A DNA stretch of 36,672 nt, taken from a virus (Duplodnaviria; Caudoviricetes). This document shows positions 7,492 to 17,255 of this stretch, piece after piece. The stretch is taken from positions 1 through 36,672 of the IMG/VR virus record IMGVR_UViG_3300012347_000058. One strand, given 5' to 3'. Positions within the stretch are counted from its first letter, which is position 1. Each line of letters starts with the position of its first letter. The notes below the pieces were generated by a model. It was not told the origin of the DNA. It saw only the letters and a list, made by a program, of their open reading frames with translations, and did no database searches. The translations under genes and the position numbers were made by a program.

Positions 7492-9603
7492 ATGGCAGAC
7501 GATTACGACCCACGGATTCAAGAAGCAATCGAATTCTTGAAATTGGCAAATGATGCCGACACAATGAACCGCCAAGAGGCGCTTGAAGACCTGAAATTTG
7601 GTGGTGGCGACCAATGGCCCGTGGAGTTGCAAAACTCACGCAATCTGGAATCACGCCCTGTTATTACGGTCAACAAGGTGGATAACTATTGCCGCCAAGT
7701 CTGTAACCAACAGCGCCAGCAACGACCACGCATCAAAGTTCATGCAATGAACACGCATGATGACATGGTTGACGCGCAAGTGGTGCAAGGCATCATCCGT
7801 CACATTGAAGTCAATTCCAATGCTGACCACGCTTATGACAACGCTTTTGAATACGCTGTTCGCATGGGTTGGGGCTTTATGCGTGTGCGTACAGATTACG
7901 TTTCTGAAGATTCGTTTGACCAAGAAATCTTCATTGACCCTATTGACAATCCGTTCACTGTTTACTTTGACCCAAATTCGGTAGCCCCTGATGGCTCTGA
8001 CGCTGACCGTTGTTTAATTACAACAATGATGCCAAAGAAAGAGTTTTCAAAGCTCTATCCAAAAGCATCGGTTGATGGCGGCACATCTTTCACACAGCGC
8101 GGCACAGGTGACAGCCAATCGGAATGGATTACAAAAGAGGACATTCGCCTTGCTGAGTATTACTACACAGTTCGTGAAAAAGCCACTTTGTACCAATTGA
8201 GCGATGGCTCAAGCACTTTTTCTGATGACAAAGACTTTTTCAATCGCTTGGCTATGGCTGGCATCACGGTCATTGACCAACGCCCGTCTTACAAGAAAAC
8301 CATCAAATATTGCAAACTGACAGCTAATGATGTGGTGGAAGAAGGTTCATGGGCTGGTCGTTACATTCCAATCGTGCCTGTGTATGGTCGCCATATCGTG
8401 ATTGGTGACAAGCGCAAGAAGTTCGGCATGATTCGTTATGCCAAAGACCCACAGCGTATGTATAACTTCTGGCAGACTTCTATCACCGAAGGCGTTGCAT
8501 TGGCTCCAAAGGCCAAATGGCTGCTGGCTGAAGGTCAAGACGAAGGCCACGAAAACGATTGGGCGCAAGCAAACATCAAGTCTTTCCCTGTCTTGCGCTA
8601 CAAGCAAACTGACATTGAAGGTCGCCCTGCTCCTGTGCCTGTGCGTCTGCAACCTGAACCGCCTCAAGCTGGCGTGATGGCTGCTGCTGCTGGCGTGGAT
8701 GACGACATTAAGTCAATCATGGGTGTGTTTGACCCTGCCCAATTGGGTCAAGGCAACATTTCTGGCAAGGCTTTGAACGGTCAGCAACAACAAGTTGACC
8801 TGACAAACTACGACTATTACGACAACCTGACACGCTCAATTGCTCACGTTGGCAAGATTTGCTTGGACTTAATTCCAAAAATCTACGACACAGAGCGAGT
8901 GATGCGAATCATTGGCGATGATGGCAAGCCTGACTTGTTGACGGTCAACCAGCGTGATGCCACAGGCCGTGTGCTGAATGACATGAGCGTTGGGCAGTAC
9001 GACATTGTGATGGACACTGGCCCTGGCTACGACAGCAAGCGCCAAGAAGCTGTGGCAAGCATTGGCCCAATCTTGGCTGGCGACCCTGCTTTGATGGACA
9101 AAATTGGCGACCTGTACTTCAGAAACCAAGATTTCCCTGGCGCAGACGTCATTGCCGACCGATTGGCTACGCTTAACCCGTTGGCTCAAATTGACGAACA
9201 CAGCGACATTCCACCGCAAGTTCAGATGCAATTGGCTCAGGCCAAGAAGCAAGTTCAGGATATGCAGCAGCAGATGGAAGCAATGCAGCTTGACCTGAAG
9301 TATGGTCAGTCTGTGGCTCAAATCAAGGAAGATGGCAACACCAAGCGCAAGCTGATGGATGTAACTTCACGCGCCCACAACACCGAAACAATGGCAGAAG
9401 TTAAGGTCAACGACCAGAACACACGCTCAATCACAAGTCAGAACAAGACTGAGATTGATGCAATTGTTCAACTTCTGTTGCACAACATGGACACTAACCG
9501 AATCCTGCAAGAAATTGAAAGACGCAACGCAGACCAACTGCAAGCGGCGCAATTTGCAGTGTCGGATATTGATAACCAACAAAACCCCTTGATGGGACAA
9601 TGA
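7492..9603 (+). CDS. Portal protein, P22-like
   Basis: 703 aa; GDQWP, AKDPQRMYN, SGKAL and a Gln-rich C-terminal barrel; follows TerL. Confidence 0.93.
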   Translation: MADDYDPRIQEAIEFLKLANDADTMNRQEALEDLKFGGGDQWPVELQNSRNLESRPVITVNKVDNYCRQVCNQQRQQRPRIKVHAMNTHDDMVDAQVVQGIIRHIEVNSNADHAYDNAFEYAVRMGWGFMRVRTDYVSEDSFDQEIFIDPIDNPFTVYFDPNSVAPDGSDADRCLITTMMPKKEFSKLYPKASVDGGTSFTQRGTGDSQSEWITKEDIRLAEYYYTVREKATLYQLSDGSSTFSDDKDFFNRLAMAGITVIDQRPSYKKTIKYCKLTANDVVEEGSWAGRYIPIVPVYGRHIVIGDKRKKFGMIRYAKDPQRMYNFWQTSITEGVALAPKAKWLLAEGQDEGHENDWAQANIKSFPVLRYKQTDIEGRPAPVPVRLQPEPPQAGVMAAAAGVDDDIKSIMGVFDPAQLGQGNISGKALNGQQQQVDLTNYDYYDNLTRSIAHVGKICLDLIPKIYDTERVMRIIGDDGKPDLLTVNQRDATGRVLNDMSVGQYDIVMDTGPGYDSKRQEAVASIGPILAGDPALMDKIGDLYFRNQDFPGADVIADRLATLNPLAQIDEHSDIPPQVQMQLAQAKKQVQDMQQQMEAMQLDLKYGQSVAQIKEDGNTKRKLMDVTSRAHNTETMAEVKVNDQNTRSITSQNKTEIDAIVQLLLHNMDTNRILQEIERRNADQLQAAQFAVSDIDNQQNPLMGQ

Positions 9604-9630
9604 TTCTGTGGTAGATTAACCACAACCTTA

Positions 9631-9647
9631 CCCGTCAGGTAGACGGG
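9631..9647 (+). promoter_or_regulatory. Hairpin in the scaffold gene leader
   Basis: CCCGTC-AGGTA-GACGGG just upstream of the ggag RBS. Confidence 0.45.
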
Positions 9648-9669
9648 GCAAATTCGGAGTGACAACGTA

Positions 9670-10572
9670 ATGTCTGAAAAAAATGCAGGTCAAGTTTTGA
9701 CCAGCGAAAACGCAGCGGAATTTTATGCAAACAGATTAGGTTTAGCTGAATCACCAGCTCCTGCCGAGGCTGTGGAAGAACCCACAGAGCCGACAGAAGC
9801 AGTTGAACAGAGTGAACCTGAAGAAGCAGAAGCCGAAGCAAAACAAGAGGGTGAGCGCAAGCAAAATCCTAAACTTGAGCGCCGTTTTTCTGAGATTACT
9901 AAGCAACGTGAAGAAGCGCGTAAAGAAGCGCAACAAGAACGTGAAGCAAGGCAAGCTCTGGAAGCGCGTTTGGCAGCTTTAGAAGGCAAACAACAGCCCA
10001 CAAAGGCCGAGTTTGTTGACGAAAAGCCGCAACCTAGCCAGTTCAGTGATGCGTTTGAATATGCTGAAGCTCTTGCAGAGTACACAGCCGACAAACGAAT
10101 CAGTGAAATGAAGCAACAAGAAGCGCAAGCTAAAGAAGCCGAGCAACGCCAGAAGGTAATTACCCAATGGACTGCAAAGGTGGAAGCAGCCAAGCAATCG
10201 TTGCCTGATTTTGATGACATTGTTGCATCTAGCGATGTGGTCGTTAATGACGACATTCGTGATGCCATTCTGGAGAGTGACGTAGGCCCACAAATCCTGT
10301 ATCACCTAGCTGAGAACGATGAAGTCGCTAAGAAAATCGCTGGTTTGTCGCCAAAGCAAGCGTTGCGAGAGATTGGGAAGTTGGAAGCTCGTTTCGAGGC
10401 AAAACCCGAAGCTGAGAAGCCAGCCCCTATTGTTAGAAGTAAAGCACCAGCACCGATTCAACCGATTCGTGGCGGCAAAAACACACCTGATGTGCCATTG
10501 GATTCCAACGGGGTCTTTTTTGGTACAGCAGCACAGTGGAAAGAGCTGCGCAAAGCGGGAAAAATTCGGTAA
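9670..10572 (+). CDS. Capsid scaffolding protein
   Basis: Glu/Ala-rich coiled coil, GPQILYHLA, basic C-terminus; lies between portal and coat. Confidence 0.88.
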   Translation: MSEKNAGQVLTSENAAEFYANRLGLAESPAPAEAVEEPTEPTEAVEQSEPEEAEAEAKQEGERKQNPKLERRFSEITKQREEARKEAQQEREARQALEARLAALEGKQQPTKAEFVDEKPQPSQFSDAFEYAEALAEYTADKRISEMKQQEAQAKEAEQRQKVITQWTAKVEAAKQSLPDFDDIVASSDVVVNDDIRDAILESDVGPQILYHLAENDEVAKKIAGLSPKQALREIGKLEARFEAKPEAEKPAPIVRSKAPAPIQPIRGGKNTPDVPLDSNGVFFGTAAQWKELRKAGKIR

Positions 10573-10596
10573 ACCTAATCTTTTTGAAAGCAAAAA

Positions 10597-11853
10597 ATGT
10601 CAAACAATTTATTGACCATTAGCAAAATCACCAACGAAGCGTTGATGGTTTTGGAAAACGAGTTGACCTTCACTTCTGAAGTTGACCGCAATTATGACGA
10701 CCAGTTCGCTGTCGTGGGCGCAAAAATCGGTAACACCGTGAACGTTCGCAAGCCTGGCCGTTTCATCGGTACTACTGGCCCTGCCCTGAACGTTGAAGAC
10801 TTCAACGAAACTTCAGTGCCTGTTACCTTGTCAACACAATTCCACGTTGACACACAGTTCACTACACAAGACTTGGCTTTGTCCTTGGATATGTTTAGCG
10901 ACCGCGTGTTGAAGCCTGCAATCGCTGCAATCGCCAACAAGATTGACCGTGACGGTATGGCTATGGCTGTGGCTCAGACTGCCAACATCGTTGGTACTGC
11001 TGGCACTGTTCCTACCGACCTGTTGACATACTTGACCGCTGGCGCTTATCTTGACAGCGAAGGCGCACCACGCGATGGTCGCCGTTCATGTATCGTTGAA
11101 CCCTTCACATCTGCTTCTATCGTGAACAGCTTGAAAGGTTTGTTCGTTCCTCAAGAAGCCATCGCTTCTCAATACCGTAAAGGTTTGATGGGCCGTGATT
11201 CTGGTGGTATGAACTGGAAACTTGACCAGAACGTTGTGGCACAAACTTTCGGCGACAACAGCACCGACACCGTGACCGCTTCTGTGAACACCACAACTGG
11301 CACTGGCTTCTTGACTAGCGGTTGGGCATCAAGCTCCACCATTAGCGTGACTGCTGCCAACACAGGTATCATCAATTTGAACGCTGGTGACGTGTTTACC
11401 ATCGCTGGTGTGTACGCTGTCAACCCACAAAACCGCCAAGCCTACGGTTCGAACAAGCTGCGTAACTTCGTTGTGAAAACAACCGTTGCAATCAGCTCTG
11501 GTTCTACTGGCTCTGTGGTTGTGTCTCCTGCCGTTATCACTGCTGGTCAATTCCAGAACGTGACAATCCCAACAACTTCTAGCACTGCTGCTGTTACTCA
11601 GTTCAACTCCACTGGCGTTGTGTCTGCTCAGAACATCATCATGCACAAAAACGCTTTCACTTTGGCAGTAGCCGATTTGGAATTGCCAGAAGGTGTGCAT
11701 TTTGCTGGTCGTGCAAGCGACAAGGAAATTGGTTTGTCCATGCGTGTTGTGCGTCAGTACACCATCAACAACGACAGCATCCCCACTCGTTTGGATGTGT
11801 TGTACGGTTGGGCTCCTCTGTACCCTGAATTGGCTTGCCGCGTTGCCAGCTAA
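10597..11853 (+). CDS. Major capsid protein (P22 coat-like, HK97 fold)
   Basis: 418 aa; KIGNTVNVRKP, GDVFTIAGV..VNP and RLDVLYG. Confidence 0.95.
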   Translation: MSNNLLTISKITNEALMVLENELTFTSEVDRNYDDQFAVVGAKIGNTVNVRKPGRFIGTTGPALNVEDFNETSVPVTLSTQFHVDTQFTTQDLALSLDMFSDRVLKPAIAAIANKIDRDGMAMAVAQTANIVGTAGTVPTDLLTYLTAGAYLDSEGAPRDGRRSCIVEPFTSASIVNSLKGLFVPQEAIASQYRKGLMGRDSGGMNWKLDQNVVAQTFGDNSTDTVTASVNTTTGTGFLTSGWASSSTISVTAANTGIINLNAGDVFTIAGVYAVNPQNRQAYGSNKLRNFVVKTTVAISSGSTGSVVVSPAVITAGQFQNVTIPTTSSTAAVTQFNSTGVVSAQNIIMHKNAFTLAVADLELPEGVHFAGRASDKEIGLSMRVVRQYTINNDSIPTRLDVLYGWAPLYPELACRVAS

Positions 11854-11860
11854 TCAAGAA

Positions 11861-11885
11861 TGGGGGCTAAACACCCCCGTTTTTT
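11861..11885 (+). terminator. Rho-independent terminator
   Basis: GGGGG-CTAAACA-CCCCC followed by GTTTTTT. Confidence 0.7.
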
Positions 11886-11908
11886 AAACCTCTTTTTAAG
11901 GAAATATC

Positions 11909-12142
11909 ATGTCTAATCCAGGACCAGCATCAACCCAAACCCCAGTCTATTTGCTCAATGGTGGCGCAGCCGATGGTTCGCTCATTGCTTTGGCCGGCGG
12001 TAAAGTCGGTTTCTACGGCGAAACTCCAGTTGTTCAAGCAGGCGCAATCACAGCATTGACCGCTGCCCCAACAACCGCTGAATTCGTTGCAGCAACTAAC
12101 GCTATCATTACTGCTCTGCAAAACGTTGGCCTCACAGCCTAA
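11909..12142 (+). CDS. Small virion protein (possible capsid decoration or cement protein)
   Basis: 77 aa Ala/Thr-rich; aaggaaa RBS; KVGFYG.TPVVQ motif; directly after the coat gene. Confidence 0.65.
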   Translation: MSNPGPASTQTPVYLLNGGAADGSLIALAGGKVGFYGETPVVQAGAITALTAAPTTAEFVAATNAIITALQNVGLTA

Positions 12143-12161
12143 GTTTTAAGCAGTTGCCTTT

Positions 12162-12197
12162 ACGCCACCTGAGTAAAATCGGGTGGCGTTTCTTTTT
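12162..12197 (+). terminator. Rho-independent terminator
   Basis: ACGCCACCTGA-GTAAAA-TCGGGTGGCGT then TTCTTTTT. Confidence 0.8.
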
Positions 12198-12211
12198 GAG
12201 AAGGAAAAAGA

Positions 12212-12874
12212 ATGAAACACATAATGATTGCCATTCCTGCTTACACGGGAACGGTTCACATGGGAACAATGCGTTCTCTGATAAACGACACACTTGAACT
12301 GGTCAAAAGGGGCGACCGTTTCACGTTGGTTGACGATATTGGCAACGCGCTGATTGCTGACAGCCGAGGCATCATTGCCACGCGCTTTTGGGAATCAGAC
12401 TGCGACCAATTGATTTTCATTGATTCAGATGTGACTTGGCAGGCTGGTGCATTGCTCAAGCTGGTGGATGCACCAGTTGATGTGGTGGCTGGCGTGTACC
12501 CTGGTCGCCGTGACCCAATCCATTACCCGCTTCACTACCTTGACAAGAAAGAACTGTGGGCAGACCCCAAGACAGGGCTTTTGGAAGTCAAATCTGTTGC
12601 CACGGGATTCCTAAAAATCAGCCGCAATTGTGTGGAAAAGATGATTATGGAATATCCGCAACGCCATTTCTACACCGCAGAGCGTGACAAACAGTTCTAC
12701 CCTTTGTTTGACCATATCTTTGAAGACGGTTATAAATGGGGTGAGGATTACAGCTTCTGCATCCGCTGGCGAAAGATTGGCGGTGATGTATGGGTAGACC
12801 CAGAAATCAAAATGGGACACATCGGCCACAAAATCTTTGAAGGCCACCTAGGAAATTACCTGAGAAATAGGTAA
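12212..12874 (+). CDS. GT-A fold (GT2-like) glycosyltransferase
   Basis: IMIAIPAY, LIFIDSD (DxD), ATGFLKI, GEDYSFC and GHIG motifs. Confidence 0.8.
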   Translation: MKHIMIAIPAYTGTVHMGTMRSLINDTLELVKRGDRFTLVDDIGNALIADSRGIIATRFWESDCDQLIFIDSDVTWQAGALLKLVDAPVDVVAGVYPGRRDPIHYPLHYLDKKELWADPKTGLLEVKSVATGFLKISRNCVEKMIMEYPQRHFYTAERDKQFYPLFDHIFEDGYKWGEDYSFCIRWRKIGGDVWVDPEIKMGHIGHKIFEGHLGNYLRNR

Positions 12875-12903
12875 AATCCGCACATCTTTGCAAAGGAAAA
12901 TCT

Positions 12904-13239
12904 ATGTCTACTCCTTTCCGTGTAGTCGGCCCAACGGTTGCTGTTTCTACTGGCGCTACCGCCACATCAGAAGCCTTGGTCAACAACAACCCCAACATCC
13001 AATGTAACTACGTTTCGCTGATTAACACTGGCGCAACTAGCGTTGCAGTGAAGTTTGGCCCTACTGGTGTTGGCGCTCCTGTGCTGCCCGTTAGCGGCTC
13101 AACTACTGGCGACTTTGTGTTGCCCCCTTCGATGAATGACGCGATTCTGTTTGCAGTTCCAACAACTCCCACTTATGTGCGAATGATTGGTTCGGCTGCT
13201 GGCCCTTCTATCGTTTACGTTACCCCAATAGCTTTCTAA
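12904..13239 (+). CDS. Hypothetical beta-rich virion protein
   Basis: 111 aa; aaaggaaaa RBS; Thr/Val/Pro-rich; structural module context. Confidence 0.65.
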   Translation: MSTPFRVVGPTVAVSTGATATSEALVNNNPNIQCNYVSLINTGATSVAVKFGPTGVGAPVLPVSGSTTGDFVLPPSMNDAILFAVPTTPTYVRMIGSAAGPSIVYVTPIAF

Positions 13240-13248
13240 GGGGGCTTT

Positions 13249-15948
13249 ATGGCTGACCCCGCCGAATCAGAAAACCAAAACTTACTGCCTGTTCAGGCGT
13301 ATTTTTCGGTTGATGGTGAATTTCAAACCTTCATTGGTCAGGGACAGCCGTTTTATGCGACTGTGAACCCAGACCAATCAGGTCTGCACATCACAAACAG
13401 CACGATTGACAGCACGACCATTGGGGCGACAACGCCTTCAACTGGCGTGTTTACTAACGTTGCAACGACAACTGGCACGATTGCCACTGCGCCTTCTGCT
13501 AACACAGATATTGTCAACAAGCAATATGTGGATGCAGTCGCTCAAGGGCTAAACCCCAAGCAAGCTGTCAAATGCGCCACAACCGCAGACATTACTTTGT
13601 CTGGTTTGCAGACCATTGACACTTACACCACATTGGCTGGTGACCGTGTTTTGGTCAAGAATCAAAGCACACAATCACAGAACGGCATTTACATTGCTGG
13701 CGCTGGTGCTTGGACACGCGCAACTGATATGGATGTGTGGTCAGAAGTGCCAGGCGCTTACACCGTCATTTTGAACGGCTCTGCTAACGTAAACACTGGT
13801 TGGGTTTCTAATTCTGCCGACATTGGCACAATTAACGTCACCGCAATCACGTTTGTTCAGTTCTCAGGAACTGGCACTTATTACGCTGGCACAGGTTTGA
13901 GCCTTGCCGCTAATACGTTCAGCATTACTGATACTGGCGTAACTGCGGCAACCAAAGGTTCTGCATCAAAGACCGTTACGGCTGCGGTAAACGCTCAAGG
14001 TCAACTGACCAGCCTGACAGACCAAGACATTGCCATTGCTGGCACTCAGATTACATCGGGAACGATTGAATCGGCTCGATTGTCTGGTTCTTACACTGGC
14101 ATTACTGGCGTTGGCACTTTGACCGCTGGCACATGGAACGCAACAACCGTTGACGTTGCTTATGGTGGTACAGGTGCAACAACACTAACAGGTTACGTCA
14201 AAGGAAGTGGAACATCTGCTTTGACAGCAGTTTCCAGCATCCCAACAACTGATTTGAGTGGCACGATTTCCAATGCTCAATTGGCAAACAGCACCATTTC
14301 TGGCGTTTCTTTGGGTGGTAACTTATACAACCTGACGTTTGGTTCTGGAATTACAGCATCTTCAGCTACCTACAACGGTTCTGCTGCTGTTAGCATTTCA
14401 AACGCTTTGCCAATGGTTTATCCAGCGGCAGGAATTCCACTTTCAACAGGCACAGCTTGGGGAACTTCATATTCAACAACTGGCACAGGTACTGTTGTTG
14501 CTTTGGCTACTGCTGCCACGCTGAATAACCCAACTGTTTCTGATTACACAGCTTATACGCCATCCGCAGCGCCAACTTACGCTGAAGGACGTGTTTTCTA
14601 TGATTCAACAGCCCACACGCTGAATTATTACAACGACAACTCGCAAATGTCCGTGAATATCGGGCAGGAAAGCATTGTCCGAGTAAGAAATCAGACAGGT
14701 GCTGACATTCCAAACGGCTCTGTTGTGTATGTCAATGGAGCAACAGGAAACACGCCAACTATTGATTTGGCAATTGCCACATCGTTTGTCACCTCTGACA
14801 TTATTGGTGTCACAACCACAGACATTACAAACAACGGATTTGGTTATGTAACGATTTCTGGCTTGGTAAACGGATTAGACACTTCAGGGTTTACTGATGG
14901 TCAGTCTGTGTTTATTTCGCCAACTACGCCAGGTGCGTTTACCGCAACACAGCCAAGCAATCCATACTATGCGGTTCAAGTTGGCGTGATTCTTCGCGCA
15001 AACCCTGCAATTGGAACTTTGCTAGTTTCTGTGCAAATCATTTGTGTGGAAGCGCAACACATTCTTGGAACGTTAAGCATTGCACAAGGCGGCACAAACG
15101 GGTCGGCTACGCCTACTGCTGGTGCTGTTTCCTATGGCACTGGTACTGCTTACGCATTTAGCAGTGCTGGAACAACTGGTCAGGTTTTAACCTCAAACGG
15201 TTCAAGCGCACCTACTTGGACAACGCCAGCGTCAGCCATCACGATTGTTGATGACACAACCACAAACTCAACACGCTACCCGCTGTTTGCAGCAGCTACA
15301 ACGGGCGAAGTGTCAACTGAGTATGTCAGTTCTACCAAGTATCAATTCAACCCTTCTACGGGCGTTCTGACGTCAACCAGCTTTTCTGGTGCGGGTACTG
15401 GTTTGACAGGTACGGCTTCAAGTCTTTCGATTGGTGGAAATGCGGCAACAGCAACAAGCGCAACCACAGCCACAAACTTGGCTGGCGGTGCTGCTGGTTC
15501 TTTGCCGTATCAGGCTAGTTCAGGGTCTACAACTTTGTTGGCGGCTGGCTCTAACGGTCAAATCTTGACCTTGGCGGCTGGTGTGCCATCTTGGGCGGCT
15601 GCTCCTGTAACGGGCATCACGGTTACTGACGACACCACGACAAACGCCACGCGCTATTTGACGTTTACAAGTGCAACAACAGGCACAATCACTGGTGAAG
15701 ATGTATCGTCAACTAAACTGCAATACAACCCAAGCACAGGGACTGTAAGTTCCACAAATGTGACTGCAAGCGGTACATTGACAGGCGCTTTGGTCAACGC
15801 AACGAATGGTATTGTGATTAACAGCAAAACAGTTGCTGCAAGTTATTCAATCCCAAGCGGTTCAAGCGCCATGTCTGCTGGCCCAATTACAGTGGCTTCA
15901 GGTCAGACTGTGACAATTGCCAGCGGTTCGCGTTGGGTTGTTCTCTAA
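13249..15948 (+). CDS. Long fibre protein (tail or head fibre)
   Basis: 899 aa Thr/Ser/Gly-rich; NKQYVD...GDRVLVKNQ..NGIY fibre domain; GGTGA and GQVLT motifs. Confidence 0.85.
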   Translation: MADPAESENQNLLPVQAYFSVDGEFQTFIGQGQPFYATVNPDQSGLHITNSTIDSTTIGATTPSTGVFTNVATTTGTIATAPSANTDIVNKQYVDAVAQGLNPKQAVKCATTADITLSGLQTIDTYTTLAGDRVLVKNQSTQSQNGIYIAGAGAWTRATDMDVWSEVPGAYTVILNGSANVNTGWVSNSADIGTINVTAITFVQFSGTGTYYAGTGLSLAANTFSITDTGVTAATKGSASKTVTAAVNAQGQLTSLTDQDIAIAGTQITSGTIESARLSGSYTGITGVGTLTAGTWNATTVDVAYGGTGATTLTGYVKGSGTSALTAVSSIPTTDLSGTISNAQLANSTISGVSLGGNLYNLTFGSGITASSATYNGSAAVSISNALPMVYPAAGIPLSTGTAWGTSYSTTGTGTVVALATAATLNNPTVSDYTAYTPSAAPTYAEGRVFYDSTAHTLNYYNDNSQMSVNIGQESIVRVRNQTGADIPNGSVVYVNGATGNTPTIDLAIATSFVTSDIIGVTTTDITNNGFGYVTISGLVNGLDTSGFTDGQSVFISPTTPGAFTATQPSNPYYAVQVGVILRANPAIGTLLVSVQIICVEAQHILGTLSIAQGGTNGSATPTAGAVSYGTGTAYAFSSAGTTGQVLTSNGSSAPTWTTPASAITIVDDTTTNSTRYPLFAAATTGEVSTEYVSSTKYQFNPSTGVLTSTSFSGAGTGLTGTASSLSIGGNAATATSATTATNLAGGAAGSLPYQASSGSTTLLAAGSNGQILTLAAGVPSWAAAPVTGITVTDDTTTNATRYLTFTSATTGTITGEDVSSTKLQYNPSTGTVSSTNVTASGTLTGALVNATNGIVINSKTVAASYSIPSGSSAMSAGPITVASGQTVTIASGSRWVVL
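15238..15761 (+). repeat. Internal ~48 aa protein repeat in the fibre (starts at 15238 and 15616)
   Basis: ITIVDDTTTNSTRY...VSSTKYQFNPSTG vs ITVTDDTTTNATRY...VSSTKLQYNPSTG. Confidence 0.85.
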
Positions 15949-15957
15949 AGGAAAACC

Positions 15958-16269
15958 ATGTTTGAATGGAAAATTCTTGAACTTCAAGCCAAAGATGGTT
16001 TGATTGTTGAAGCGAAATACCACGTTACGCTGTCAGAAGACGGTAAGACTGTGGAAACAGAAGGCCATTGGAAGTTTGGCGACCCTGTTTTATCTGTGCC
16101 TTTTGAGGAAGTGACAGAGCAAACCGTGGCTGGCTGGATTAAGCAAGAGGCTGTTCAATACGGTAAAAATATCATAGAATCATGCCTAACGGAACAGCTT
16201 GAAGCATTGAAGACCCCGAAAGTCTTGCCGCCCTGGGTTCCACAAGTGTTCACATTGGATATGAAATGA
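15958..16269 (+). CDS. Fibre-associated hypothetical protein (possible chaperone)
   Basis: 103 aa; aaggaaa RBS; VPFEEVTE..V.GW and PPW motifs typical of genes following fibres. Confidence 0.65.
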   Translation: MFEWKILELQAKDGLIVEAKYHVTLSEDGKTVETEGHWKFGDPVLSVPFEEVTEQTVAGWIKQEAVQYGKNIIESCLTEQLEALKTPKVLPPWVPQVFTLDMK

Positions 16270-17246
16270 CAAAGCCAATTGAAATCATTAGCAGGGCATT
16301 AAAAGACATTGGCGCGTTAGAAGCTGGTGAAACACCCACGCCTGAAGCCGCCCAAGACGCTTTTGAAATGATGAATGACTTGGTTGACCAGTGGTCAAAC
16401 GAGAACATGATGGTTTTCAACGTAACCGAAATCATCTTCCCTGTCATTCAAAACCAAGTCCAATACAGCCTTGGCCCATACCCAGAAACCACCAACTTCA
16501 TTGGCGCTTCTTTTGAAGGCTCAATTGCTGGCGACATTCTGACCGTTACTAGCGTCAACTCAGGCGCAGTGGCTCAAGGTCAGTTGCTAAGTGGTGGCGG
16601 CATTGTGTCAGGCACAAAGATTATTCGCAGCATCACAGGCGCTGGCGGTAACGTCATTGAAGCTGGTACTTATCGCGTAAACATCCCACAGACTGTGGCT
16701 GCTACGACAATCACTGCCAACTACCAAAAGCCTTTGAACATTGATTCTGCGTTTGTTCGTGTGAACACAACGTCAAACGGTCAGCCAATTAACAGCGGTG
16801 GTTTGGACTACCCAATTTCTGTGTTGGCGCTTCAAGACTATCAAATGATTGGTCTGAAGACGTTGAACGGTCCTTGGCCTAAAGCGATTTACTACAACCC
16901 AAATGAAGATTCAGGCAACTTGTTTGTCTGGCCTAGCCCTTCTCAAGGTGAGATGCACTTGTTTGCAAACACCTTGTTTACGCGCTACGGCAACCTTTAT
17001 GAAGAAGTCAGCTTACCGCAAGGCTATTCAATGGCGTTGCGTTGGTGCTTGGCTGAACGTTTGATGCCTATGTATGGCAAAGTGAACGGAACTCAAATTC
17101 AAATGATTAACGCTTACGCTGCACAAGCAAAAGCCACGTTAAAACGAACCAATATGTCGCCACTTCAAACGGCTCGTTATCCTGACGCTCTTTTGGTCAA
17201 CAAGGCTAAAGACGCTGGCTGGATTCTCACTGGCGGCTTTATCTAA
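16266..17246 (+). CDS. Head-to-tail adaptor (P22 gp4-like) with an inserted beta domain
   Basis: IISRALKDIG...E.P...DAF..MNDL.DQW N-terminus and LPQGY..AL...LA..L.P.YG C-terminus. Confidence 0.8.
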   Translation: MTKPIEIISRALKDIGALEAGETPTPEAAQDAFEMMNDLVDQWSNENMMVFNVTEIIFPVIQNQVQYSLGPYPETTNFIGASFEGSIAGDILTVTSVNSGAVAQGQLLSGGGIVSGTKIIRSITGAGGNVIEAGTYRVNIPQTVAATTITANYQKPLNIDSAFVRVNTTSNGQPINSGGLDYPISVLALQDYQMIGLKTLNGPWPKAIYYNPNEDSGNLFVWPSPSQGEMHLFANTLFTRYGNLYEEVSLPQGYSMALRWCLAERLMPMYGKVNGTQIQMINAYAAQAKATLKRTNMSPLQTARYPDALLVNKAKDAGWILTGGFI

Positions 17247-17255
17247 GGAACTGAC

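Noticed and set aside
9723-10268. 181 aa antisense ORF, and similar ones at 7087, 8869, 23460 and 25541
   Set aside because: Shadows of strongly biased coding sequence on the opposite strand; no motifs or RBS
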